From the NCBI GenBank assembly GCA_963676915.2, contig CAXXVK010000072.1, forward strand, positions 1-64,000: a stretch of 64,000 nucleotides of DNA, given 5' to 3'. Source of the DNA: Myxococcota bacterium. GTDB lineage: Bacteria > Myxococcota_A > SURF-8 > G963663525. Positions 51,187-62,210 of this stretch are shown one piece after another. The number at the start of each line of letters is the position of its first letter. Positions within the stretch are counted from its first letter, which is position 1. The position numbers were made by a program, and so were the translations under genes. The notes below the pieces were generated by a model that searched no databases, was not told the origin of the DNA, and saw nothing but the letters and a program-made list of their open reading frames with translations.

Positions 51187-52413
51187 TTATCTCTCCAACT
51201 CGCCGCCGATCATATTGATCGAGCCGAACGTGGGAACGATGTCCGCGATCTGCCCACCGATGCACATTTCGGTCAGCGCCGCCGTATTCATGAAGCAGGG
51301 AGGACGGACACGCACGCGGAACGGAATGCCCGACCCGTCGGAAACGATGTAGAATCCCAACTCGCCGTTGGGAGCTTCTACCGCGTAATAGCGTTCGCCT
51401 TCGGGAACTTTTACGCCTTCCATCACATGCTTGAAATGATGGATCAAGCCTTCGATATGACCGTAGGTGTCTTTCTTTTTCGGTTGAAAGACTTTCGGAT
51501 CGTCGATCATCACGTCTCCGTCCGGGAGATTGTCCAGACATTGATCGATCATCCGCAGGCTTTGTTCCATTTCTTCCATACGAACGAGATAAGCATCGTA
51601 GTTGTCGCCGTATTTTCCGAAAGGAACTTCGAAATCCAACTTGTCGTAGAACCAGTATGGAGCGTCTTTGCGTAAATCCAGGTCACTTCCGGCGGCACGC
51701 AGGCGCGGACCGGTCATACCGTAGGAAATGCAGCGATCGAGCGGTAATTCGCCGGTATGGCGGAAACGATCGTAAAAGATTCGGTTGCGGGTGATCAGTT
51801 TGCTGCCGTCTTCGATCAACTCCCGGATCTGCGGTTCAACCTCCTCACGCCATTCCTTTTCGAATCCGTCGTAGAGGTCGAACGCCTGCCCGCCTACGCG
51901 GCTCATGCTGGTCGTAATGCGCGCACCGCAGATTTTCTCGAACATGAAATAAATCAGTTCACGCGCTTTGATATAGTAGAAAAAGTGAGTGAAACCACCA
52001 AGTTCCATCGCCGATGCCGTGACGCAGGTCAGGTGGTCGGCAACGCGCCCCATTTCGGAGACGATCATCCGCACCCAGACGGCCCGGTCCGGCAACGTAA
52101 TTCCCATGTGCTCCTCGACGGCGGCACAGTAGGCGGCGTTGTTCAACGTGGGGCTGACGTAGTTCAGCCGGTCGGTGAACACGACGTTCTGGTCCCAGGT
52201 GCGATGCTCGCACATTTTTTCCATGCCCCGGTGCAGGTAGCCGATGGTGGCGTCCATGCCGACTACCAGTTCGCCTTCGGCCTGGGTATCCAGCTTGACG
52301 ATTCCGTGCATCGCCGGGTGGGAGGGACCGAGTTGCAACTCGAATGCCTCGGCGGGCACCGTTCCTACATCGTCAACAACGGTTGCCTGGGATTTCGTGG
52401 TTTCTTCGCTCAT
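51187..52413 (-). CDS. nuoD: NADH-quinone oxidoreductase subunit D
   Basis: GPSHPAMHG, GYLHRGMEK, DRLNY, EAPNGELG; no NiFe-binding CxxC. Confidence 0.95.
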   Translation of the reverse strand: MSEETTKSQATVVDDVGTVPAEAFELQLGPSHPAMHGIVKLDTQAEGELVVGMDATIGYLHRGMEKMCEHRTWDQNVVFTDRLNYVSPTLNNAAYCAAVEEHMGITLPDRAVWVRMIVSEMGRVADHLTCVTASAMELGGFTHFFYYIKARELIYFMFEKICGARITTSMSRVGGQAFDLYDGFEKEWREEVEPQIRELIEDGSKLITRNRIFYDRFRHTGELPLDRCISYGMTGPRLRAAGSDLDLRKDAPYWFYDKLDFEVPFGKYGDNYDAYLVRMEEMEQSLRMIDQCLDNLPDGDVMIDDPKVFQPKKKDTYGHIEGLIHHFKHVMEGVKVPEGERYYAVEAPNGELGFYIVSDGSGIPFRVRVRPPCFMNTAALTEMCIGGQIADIVPTFGSINMIGGELER

Positions 52414-52447
52414 ATGAAGCCTCTTCGAACGTTATTGCCCGGATCGT

Positions 52448-53062
52448 TCAATCGTCCAGACCGTCGGTGAGTCCGTATTCTTCTATTTTCTCTGTTTTCG
52501 TCCACTGGTACGGAGGATCGGGTTCGACCTCGATCGGCGTACGCAATTCGATGGTCGGCTGATGTTTTTTCAGCGGGTAATCCTTGCGTAGCGGATGACC
52601 TTCGAATCCTTCGTACATCAGCAGTCGCCGGATTTTACCGTGCTTTTCGAGATCGGGATGTCCCTCGAAATGAATGCCGTACATGTCCCAGACTTCCCGT
52701 TCCAGCCAATCGGCGTTGGCCCACAGATCGGCAATGGATTGAATCTTGGGATCTTTTTCCGAAACTTCCGCTTTCAGGCGCACACGATAGTTGTGCGACT
52801 GCGAATAAAGCTGGTACACCACCTCGAAACGCTCGCCTTCGCGGTTGGGATAGCCCATGTAATCGACGGCGGTAAGATCGGTAAGGAAATTGAATTGAAG
52901 ATTTTTGTCGTTCTTCAATGTTTCCAACAGCTTATGGATCTGCCCGGCCTGAACCACCAACCGGTCGTCGCCTTTGATGGCGATTTTTTCGACGATGGAG
53001 TCTTTGCAGGCTTTTTCGAGCGCTTGGGCAACCTTGTCCAGGTTGAGGGTGATCGGTTTCAC
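52448..53062 (-). CDS. nuoC: NADH-quinone oxidoreductase subunit C
   Basis: [33 protein letters not shown]. Confidence 0.93.
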   Translation of the reverse strand: MKPITLNLDKVAQALEKACKDSIVEKIAIKGDDRLVVQAGQIHKLLETLKNDKNLQFNFLTDLTAVDYMGYPNREGERFEVVYQLYSQSHNYRVRLKAEVSEKDPKIQSIADLWANADWLEREVWDMYGIHFEGHPDLEKHGKIRRLLMYEGFEGHPLRKDYPLKKHQPTIELRTPIEVEPDPPYQWTKTEKIEEYGLTDGLDD

Positions 53063-53094
53063 GGATTTCCCCCTTTACGGGTTGACGAACGGAC

Positions 53095-53622
53095 TCAAGC
53101 CCTTTCCAGTTGGTTTTTCCCGGTTTGAATCGCGGCGGCCAGCGCGTCTCTCACCGGGGTTTCCGTATCGATTTTCTCGTGGAGCTTCATCAGTCCCTGA
53201 AGCACCGCCTCGGGGCGGGGAGGGCAACCGGCGATATAAACATCCACGGGAATAATGTGATCGATGCCCGGTACGGCGGCGTAGTTGTCGTACACACCAC
53301 CGGTGGAGGCGCAAGCGCCAAACGCTACGACCCACTTCGGTAAAGCCATCTGGTCGTAGACCTGTTTAAGCACGGGAGCTTGTTTGTGGTTCACGGTGCC
53401 TACGACCATCAGAAGGTCGGATTGTCGTGGCGAAAACCGGGGAAACTCGGCTCCGAAACGGGCGATATCGTAGTGAGCGCCGACGGTGGACATGTATTCC
53501 ATACCGCAACAGGCCGTCACGAAAGGATAGAGGAACAGGGACCATTTGCGTCCCCAGTTGACCCATTCTTCCAGGCGCGTCGTGACGAATTCGGAATTAC
53601 CGGCAAAACGTTCTAATCCCAT
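53095..53622 (-). CDS. nuoB: NADH-quinone oxidoreductase subunit B
   Basis: [28 protein letters not shown]; start overlaps the nuoA stop. Confidence 0.95.
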   Translation of the reverse strand: MGLERFAGNSEFVTTRLEEWVNWGRKWSLFLYPFVTACCGMEYMSTVGAHYDIARFGAEFPRFSPRQSDLLMVVGTVNHKQAPVLKQVYDQMALPKWVVAFGACASTGGVYDNYAAVPGIDHIIPVDVYIAGCPPRPEAVLQGLMKLHEKIDTETPVRDALAAAIQTGKNQLERA

Positions 53623-53966
53623 TGCAGGGCTCCTTTGCGCCATTCGTATACCAAGGCGAGACAGAGAATCAGGAGGAAAGGAACCATTACGGCGAATCCG
53701 TACCAGGCCAGATCGCGGTAGATGACGGCCCACGGATAGATGAACACGGCTTCGAGGTCGAAAACCAGGAACAAAATCGCGACCATATAGTATTTGACCG
53801 CATACCGTTTACCCTGGGTTCCGTAAGAGACGTTACCGCATTCGAAGGGCGCATTTTTAACATCGTTGCGCTCTTTGGGACCGATGAACGCAGCCATACC
53901 GGCCATGGCCATCGCCACACCGACCCCGGCGGCAAAAACAATCAATACGGCGAGATAGGGGTCCAT
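53613..53966 (-). CDS. nuoA: NADH-quinone oxidoreductase subunit A
   Basis: [25 protein letters not shown]. Confidence 0.95.
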   Translation of the reverse strand: MDPYLAVLIVFAAGVGVAMAMAGMAAFIGPKERNDVKNAPFECGNVSYGTQGKRYAVKYYMVAILFLVFDLEAVFIYPWAVIYRDLAWYGFAVMVPFLLILCLALVYEWRKGALQWD

Positions 53967-54042
53967 TCTCCGTACTCCTGAAAAAAGATAACTTGTTGTA
54001 GTCATTCGGGATCTTGACAATCCTTCACCAAAATGCAAGCGG

Positions 54043-54071
54043 AGAGTACGATATCGGTACGATTTTGTCAA
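54043..54071 (-). promoter_or_regulatory. Sigma70-type promoter of the nuo cluster
   Basis: TTGACA-17 nt-TACTCT; imperfect palindrome gtacgatatcggtac overlaps the spacer and -10. Confidence 0.6.
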
Positions 54072-54462
54072 GGGTAACTCTGTTAGTCTTCATCTTGAAT
54101 AGCGCCTTGTTTCATGCGGTTTTTTATGGGGAACGGTTCATCGAACAGGACCGAAACTATTTAATGTCATTGAAGGGACAGCTTTTGTAGCATAGGAATA
54201 TAAAGAAGAATTGAAGGGGATTGGTGAAGATATCATACAACCCAACGAGCCTAAAGCACCGTATTGGTTTCATGAAGAGATACTTTTCGACTTTATTCAT
54301 AAACGTTATGTCCTTGATGAGTGGTCGCCGCGTGGAATATCTAGTAGATCTAGAGAGTAGGAAACATTTCCTGGACGAATGCCTTTCGTGTGCTATCTGT
54401 ACATCGGAAAACCGTGGCGGGTGACCGTCTTCCGACTGGAGCGGCCAATACAGGAGTAGTTC

Positions 54463-54792
54463 ATGTCACGACGTAGAAAGCATAGTCACGAATATGCCGC
54501 CTTGGGGCAGCGTATTCGGGAACTTCGCAAGGGACGAGGCTGGTCTCAGTATGAAATCGCACAGCATGCGGGATTGAGTCCCAGTTATCTCGCCGAATTG
54601 GAACGAGGAGGACGCAACCCCTCTCTCGAAACCATTCTCAACATTGCAGCAGCTCTCAATGTCAGTGCTGGATATTTGGTGGACGGCTTGCGTTACGATC
54701 CCCCCAAAGGTCTGGAAAGCATTGCCGAGCGTTGGCTTTCGCTTAGCGAAGAAGGTAGAAATGTTATTGGTCGTCTCGTGAAACTTCTATAA
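54463..54792 (+). CDS. XRE-family HTH transcriptional regulator
   Basis: LGQRIRELRKGRGWSQ...YLAELERGGRNPSL; AGGAG RBS. Confidence 0.9.
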   Translation: MSRRRKHSHEYAALGQRIRELRKGRGWSQYEIAQHAGLSPSYLAELERGGRNPSLETILNIAAALNVSAGYLVDGLRYDPPKGLESIAERWLSLSEEGRNVIGRLVKLL

Positions 54793-54917
54793 AAACAATG
54801 ATTTATGTTTGTCATTGTTCGATTTGTCTGCCTGGTTTTCTTGACTGAAACTTGACAAATAGCCTTTGTATTTGTAGCTTGAATCCTCGATTTCCCTTCA
54901 TGTATTCGAGGAACTCC

Positions 54918-55400
54918 ATGGATAAACAGCACTATCAGCAAATGATCAGCGTCGCGATTTTTCGCGAGGTCGAAGCCTATACGTTCTATCGTGAAATCGC
55001 CCAGAAAGTCCGTGATCCCGAGGTCAAAAGCCTTTTCGACTGGCTCGCGGACCAGGAACAGGAGCATGAGGAACAACTCGATCGCATCCGTTCACAGCCC
55101 GAACTCGCGGGTAAAATGACGGTTGCGCTGGAAGGAAATCTTCTGGAGGAACCCGAAGCCCAGCCCAAACTCAGCGTTGACATGACTCCCGATGAAGCGT
55201 TGGCGCTTGCCATCATCAAAGAACGACAAGCTGCGGAATTCTACGAATCGTTGTCGCGGAGATCGGAAGACGACACCATTTGCCGACTCTGTCTTGAACT
55301 GGCTAAAATGGAACTGGGACACGAACAGGCGTTGAAACGGTTGCAAACCGGTTCGAGATCTCTGGAAAGCTGGGAAGTCGCGGCACTTCCGGAGGCATAG
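54918..55400 (+). CDS. Ferritin-like (rubrerythrin-domain) protein
   Basis: AIFREVEA.FY...QEQEH and AIIKE...FY...MELGH. Confidence 0.85.
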   Translation: MDKQHYQQMISVAIFREVEAYTFYREIAQKVRDPEVKSLFDWLADQEQEHEEQLDRIRSQPELAGKMTVALEGNLLEEPEAQPKLSVDMTPDEALALAIIKERQAAEFYESLSRRSEDDTICRLCLELAKMELGHEQALKRLQTGSRSLESWEVAALPEA

Positions 55401-55458
55401 CATTCCAATTTAGATTGTTTTTTGGGGATTATAGAGTAGGTAGCGACTGTGATTGAAG

Positions 55459-56601
<1,143 letters not shown>

Positions 56602-56615
56602 ATAAAGATCATACA

Positions 56616-56678
56616 AGGTCGGGCTAATTTTTAGCCCGACACCTTGGCATTGTCGGGCAAGAAATTTGCCCGACCTAC
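56616..56678. repeat. GTAG-type REP doublet (REPIN-like) interrupted by the IS
   Basis: Minus strand: GTAGGTCGGGCAAATTTCTTGCCCGAC-11 nt-GTCGGGCTAAAAATTAGCCCGACCT|IS|AC. Confidence 0.8.
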
Positions 56679-56743
56679 TACGCTTCTGAGATGGAGCAGG
56701 ATTGTATCCGGCAATGAGTCTCCATGACTCGTTAACCCCGCCG

Positions 56744-58051
56744 TTATTCAGGTGGTTGCGGGCTGTCGTCTCCAAACTTTTTCGATATGATCGCCGCACC
56801 CACCGAATCGCCCCAGACGTTGATGGCCGTTCGAAAGCGGTCCAGCAGCCAATCCACACTTAGCAGAATTCCCACACCTTCGACTGGGACATGTACGGCG
56901 GTCAGGACCATGACCATCGTCACCAGTCCCGCTTGAGGAATCGCAGCCGCTCCGACGGCGGCCAGCGTAGCGGTCAGCAGTACCACCACCAATTGCGCTC
57001 CGGTTAGGTGAATACCGTAAGCTTCGGCGATGAAAACCACCGCCACGGCTTCATAGAGGGCGGTGCCGTCCATGTTGATCGTAGCGCCCAATGGCAGCAC
57101 GAAACGGGAGGTTTTGGTGTCGAGTTTGGCGTTTTGTTCGGCGCTACGGATCGTCAACGGCAGGGTTGCGGCGCTCGATGCGGTGGAAAATGCCGTAAGC
57201 ATCGGTTCGGCGAAATGCCCGGCATGGCGGATCGGGTTGCGTCGGGTAAACAGCCACAGCAGGATCGGCAGAATAACCACCGCATGGATCGTCAAGCCTC
57301 CTAGCACCGTCATAAAATACTTGGCCAGTCGCCCGAGTTCGGTCCATACGGCTGTTCCGCCGCCTTCCTGGCCGACACGATAGGCTACGAGCCCGACGAT
57401 GCCCAGCGGAGCCAGCCAGACGAGGAAACGGACGAAGATCATCAGTACCTCATTGACGGCCTCGGCTAGAGCGATCACTTTACGGCCTTGGGGGCCGATA
57501 CGGGTCAGGATTCCACCGAATACGAGGGAAAACACCAGCAATCCCAAAATGTTGCCTTTGCTGGCCGCTTCGATGAGGTTGGAGGGTATCAGGCCGCGAA
57601 TCAGGTCGAAAAGGGCATCATACCAGCGAATCACCCGAACGGCTTCGGGATGTGAGGCGGCATCCACACCGAATCCCACACCGGGATGGACGATAGATAC
57701 CAGCACGATTCCAAGTGCGACGGCCAGCAGTGTCGTGGAAAAATAGTACAAAAAAGTATAGCCGAAGGTTTTGCCGACCTTTTGCTGTTCGCTCAACGAC
57801 GCCATGCCGACGATCATGCTACAGACAATCAATGGAACGACGACCATTTTCAGTGCGTTCATGAACAAATCGCCCAGGAGTTTCAAAAAACCGGCGAGAA
57901 AAGGCAGGTCGCCCGAGACGATTTCTTGTCCCCACAAGCCGCCGATCGCGAAACCCGCTACGGCTCCCGCTACCAGAAGAACCGGTAACAACCAGGGCTT
58001 GTTGTTTGTTTTTGATAAAGCGTTTGCAGAGTCTGAAATGTCGTGCGGCAT
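56744..58051 (-). CDS. Dicarboxylate/amino acid:cation symporter (DAACS, GltP-like)
   Basis: LKMVVVPLI, AFSTASSAATLP, LPLGATINMDGTA, DRFRTAINVWGD. Confidence 0.93.
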   Translation of the reverse strand: MPHDISDSANALSKTNNKPWLLPVLLVAGAVAGFAIGGLWGQEIVSGDLPFLAGFLKLLGDLFMNALKMVVVPLIVCSMIVGMASLSEQQKVGKTFGYTFLYYFSTTLLAVALGIVLVSIVHPGVGFGVDAASHPEAVRVIRWYDALFDLIRGLIPSNLIEAASKGNILGLLVFSLVFGGILTRIGPQGRKVIALAEAVNEVLMIFVRFLVWLAPLGIVGLVAYRVGQEGGGTAVWTELGRLAKYFMTVLGGLTIHAVVILPILLWLFTRRNPIRHAGHFAEPMLTAFSTASSAATLPLTIRSAEQNAKLDTKTSRFVLPLGATINMDGTALYEAVAVVFIAEAYGIHLTGAQLVVVLLTATLAAVGAAAIPQAGLVTMVMVLTAVHVPVEGVGILLSVDWLLDRFRTAINVWGDSVGAAIISKKFGDDSPQPPE

Positions 58052-58141
58052 AACCGGATATCCAATGATTTCTCAGGGTTCAAACAATGAACCTACCATG
58101 CCCGAGCCTTCACGCTTTTGCAAGGGGAGATGGGAAAAACT

Positions 58142-60605
58142 CTACAGCATGTGTACCGGATCGACATCCACGGACAGCCGGACGAGGGAAGTGGAGGAAA
58201 CCAGGTGGCCGGATTTTTTGGCAATGTTCAGGAATCGTCTCAACTCGGGAGGCGTCGCGGCTCGTGCCATGAGACGAAAACGATAGCGATCCTTGATTTT
58301 CTCGATGGGGGGCTGGAGCCGGTCCCAGTAGTCCGATGGTTTTGCACGGCTCATCTCGGGAAACGATGGTGGCCAGATCTCGGCGCAGCCGTAGGGCTTC
58401 GGCCCAGGCAAGCTCCCGGTCTTTGGAGGAAAGCAGAAACGAAACCAGCCGGGTGAACGGTGGGTAGCGCTTTTGTCGAATGCGGGTTTCGAGGTCGTAA
58501 AACGCCAGGTCCGGTTCTTGAGCCAGATTGGCGAATACCGGGTGATTGGGGGTCCAGGTCTGGACGATCACCTCACCGGGCAACTGATGTCGTCCTGCGC
58601 GTCCCGAAGCTTGAACGAGCAACTGCCAGGTGCGCTCCACGGCGCGGAAATCGGGAAGATTCAAGCCCTGGTCCGCCATGGGGATGCCTACCAGCGTGAC
58701 GTTTTCGAAGTCGTGCCCTTTGGCGACCATCTGGGTTCCCAAAAGCAGATCGTACTTTCCTTTCGAAAAATCCCGTAAGATCGTCGCCTGATGCTTTCCG
58801 GCTCGCACACGGTCGCGGTCGAGTCGGGCGATGCGGGCTTCGGGAAAATATTCGGCCAGTTCCTGTTCCAGTTTCTGGGTTCCCACGCCGACCAGTTCCA
58901 GCGCCTTTTGTCCACAGGATGGGCATTGCTTCGGTAGCTCCATGCGACTGTCGCAGAGATGACAGACCAGTTGTCCCGCATGAAGGTGATAAGTCAACCC
59001 GACGGCGCAACGGGGACAGGTGATGACTTCCCGGCAGGCCCGACAGATGGCAAACGGCGAAAATCCGCGCCGATTCAAAAGCAAAATCGCCTGTTCTTTT
59101 CGCTGGATACGCTGATCGATGGCCTGAATCAGTTCCGTGGAAAGCAAGGTCGATTTCGCCGTTCTTTGTGCGGAGAGATCGACGAGGCGAATCTTGGGAA
59201 ACACGGCGGCGGTAGCACGGGAAAAAAGGTTGAGACAGGTGTATCGACCGCTTTGCGCGTGATGAAAACTTTCGACCGAAGGCGTAGCCGATCCCAAAAT
59301 GACCACGCATTTCGATAAGTTGGCCCGCTGCACCGCGCAGTCTCGGGCATGGTAGGGAAAGCCGTCTTCGGCCTTGTACGAGCCGTCGTGCTCCTCGTCC
59401 ACGACGATCAGCCCGATGTTGTCCAGGGGACACAACACAGCCGAGCGTGCCCCGATTACCACCCTCGCTTCGCCGTCGCGCACCCGCCGCCATTCGTCCA
59501 CGCGTTCGGCGGGCGTCAGTCCCGAGTGCCATAGCGCCAGACGTTTTCCGAAACGACCGTATACCCGACTGACCAACTGGGGAGCCAATCCGATTTCGGG
59601 AACCAGCAACAGGGCGTTTTTTCCTTGATCCAGACAGGTTTCGACCGCTTGAAGATACACTTCCGTTTTGCCGCTGCCCGTCACGCCGTGCAGCAGAAAC
59701 GGCGCGAATTCTCCCGATTCGATGGCTTTTTGCAGGGGTTGCACCGTTTCGGACTGCTCGATGGTTAATTCAGGAGGTGGCTGAATGGTGTTCGAGAGCA
59801 ATTGGGAGGGCAGGGGAGAGCGCCGACAGACGACGTGCTCGACTCTGATGGCTCCCTTGTCTAGAAGACTTTTTAGCGTTGCGGCACATTTTGGAAATGC
59901 CGCCAAAAGTCTTTCTCTGGTACAGGAAGGATTTTCCAGAAGAAATTCAAAGAGTTCCACTTGCTTCGGCGCTCGTTTGAGTCGGGAAGTCTCTTCGGCA
60001 CTCCACAACGTGAAATACTGCGGCATCCGCTTTTTGGCCGGAGCTTTGACATCTTTACCGGTACGTCGCTGCACCCAGCCTTGAGCTATAGCCCAGGCCA
60101 GTCGATCCCGTGTCAGACCTTTTACGGCTTTTTGCCAGCTTTTTCTTGTTTTGGCCGTGTTTCCCAAGGTTTGCAGCGCCACAGCCCAGAATTTCCGATC
60201 TCGGACGGGCACATCTTGCGGTTGAGCTTCCAAGCGGCCTTCCAGAAACGCTTTTCCTTGTGGAGTGCAACTATAAAGAGCAACTCCCGGCTGCAAAAGG
60301 CCTGCCGGTAAGGCTGCTTTCAGGACTTCTCCCAGCGATGCAAGATAATATCGAGCTACCCACTCATAGTAGCGCATCGTGGAAACGGGACAGGCGGGTT
60401 TACGATCCAGGATGCCGGAAATTTCCTTGGTGTCGTCGAGATCTTCACGGGAAGGCGTATCCCACAGTACACCGATCAGACGTTTGGGACCGAAGGATAC
60501 TTCTACACGCACTCCCGGTGGTGGAGTCTTCCGATCTTCGGGAAGGGTGTAGGTGAACAACCTTTCCATGGGTAGAGGCAGGGCGATGGATACGTATCGG
60601 GGCAA
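58142..60605 (-). CDS. priA: Primosomal protein N' (apparent +1 indel at 58307-58312)
   Basis: GVTGSGKTEVY, DEEHD, SATPS, four CxxC motifs, GTQMVAKGHDF; conserved tail PIEKIKDRYR...VDVDP in the next frame. Confidence 0.95.
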
Positions 60606-61001
60606 CGGCTTCTCCGAATCTGTCCGTGAAAATCATGACAAAACAGTACAAAGCACGCTGGGGAGAGTCAACTTTTCCTTGTTTGAAAGGCTAGAGGTTC
60701 CTTGAGATTTCTAATGAATTTGTAATTAAATTATTTTAATAATGATGTTGATTGAAGCAAAGGAATCCGTTACACTGCTTTTGGATGTTGTGGAGGCATA
60801 TTTGGGGGGAGGATATGCTTTCAATACCTGCCGAAAAAACAAGTGTTGTCGCTCAATCGATACCATGTTCCTTCCCAACCTATAGCATGGTTGAACCAGG
60901 CAAATTAGGAATGAAAACAACAGGCTTATTCTTCAACTCGAACCTCGGTTCCTGGACACATCAATGAGATTCATCTTTGTAGAACAAATTGAGGGGGCAT
61001 C

Positions 61002-62204
61002 ATGAAACTTTCCACCGGATGGTCTACCCATCCCGATGCAGAAACCGCAGCGGCAGAAGCCTTTGAAATGGCTAGAAAATCGCTCGATCAAGAACCGAAA
61101 CTTCTTTTACTTCACAGTTCTCCCGTATACGACAACGCCGCCGTGCTCGCCCGTTTGCGTGCACTGGCTCCCGAGATTCCCCTTCATGGTGGGACCACCT
61201 GTTACGGCGTTTTGACCCGTGAGGGCGTTCATATCGAAGATGGGCGCGGTCTTGGAATCCTTGCTTTGGAAGATCCGCAAGGGGACTATGGCGTTGGGAT
61301 GGCCAAAGACGAGGGCGATCCCGTTGTCGCTGCACATACTGCCTTGAATCAAGCCCTTGTCGAAGCCGACAGACCTGGAGAAGTGCCAGCCGTCATTCTG
61401 ATTTCCAGCTATCCCGGCTGCGAGGAAAGTGTCATTCAGGCCATCGAGGAAACCGTAGGCTCCGGCGTGCCGATCATTGGTGGAACCAGCGCGGACAATG
61501 ACATGAGCGGCCAGTGGCTGCAATTCGGCAATGGAGAACTCGATAACCAATCCATTTCCATTGCAACTCTTTTTCCTTCTTGCGACATCGGCTATGCGTT
61601 TCACGGAAGCTACGATCACAGCGAGTATCGTGGCCGAGTGACGAAAGCGGAAGGTCGTGTCTTGTTGGAGATCGATGGTCGTCCAGCGGCCCGCGTTTAC
61701 AACGAATGGACGCAGGGGAAGTTTGCCGATCTTCTTGCTGAAGGAGGAAGCCTGGTCCCTGCCGCTAGTTTTTCTCCGTTGGGAACCGAGGTCGGAAGAG
61801 TGAACGAAATTCCGTATTTTCGTCTTTCCTATCCGGTGGAAGTCCTGGAAAACCAGGCGTTGCAGCTGTTTACCAATGTTCGAGAAGGCAGCGAGGTCGT
61901 GCTGATGACCGGAAGCCGCGACAGTCTGGCTACTCGTGCCGGACGTGTGGCCAACGTTGCCATAGATGCCGCCGATTTTTCCGCCGAGGAAGTGCAAGGC
62001 GCACTGATTCTTTTCTGTACGGGCTGCATGCTGACCATTGAAGATCGGTTGGAAAAGCCGGTGGCGGATCTAAAGGCTACTTTCAAAAATGCTCCTTTCT
62101 TGACCACATTCACCTTGGGCGAACAGGGATGTTTCATCGGTGGTGAGAATCGCCACGCCAATCTCATGGTTGCCGCCCTCGTCTTTGGTCCCATCAAGGC
62201 ATAA
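61002..62204 (+). CDS. FIST-domain sensor protein (NosP-like)
   Basis: GGTT, GGTSADN, EIDGRPAA, CTGC, FTLGEQG, HANL. Confidence 0.88.
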   Translation: MKLSTGWSTHPDAETAAAEAFEMARKSLDQEPKLLLLHSSPVYDNAAVLARLRALAPEIPLHGGTTCYGVLTREGVHIEDGRGLGILALEDPQGDYGVGMAKDEGDPVVAAHTALNQALVEADRPGEVPAVILISSYPGCEESVIQAIEETVGSGVPIIGGTSADNDMSGQWLQFGNGELDNQSISIATLFPSCDIGYAFHGSYDHSEYRGRVTKAEGRVLLEIDGRPAARVYNEWTQGKFADLLAEGGSLVPAASFSPLGTEVGRVNEIPYFRLSYPVEVLENQALQLFTNVREGSEVVLMTGSRDSLATRAGRVANVAIDAADFSAEEVQGALILFCTGCMLTIEDRLEKPVADLKATFKNAPFLTTFTLGEQGCFIGGENRHANLMVAALVFGPIKA

Positions 62205-62210
62205 TTCAAT

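Noticed and set aside
51187-53622. Group 4 NiFe hydrogenase
   Set aside because: Large subunit lacks both CxxC motifs; small subunit has the tandem CC of NuoB
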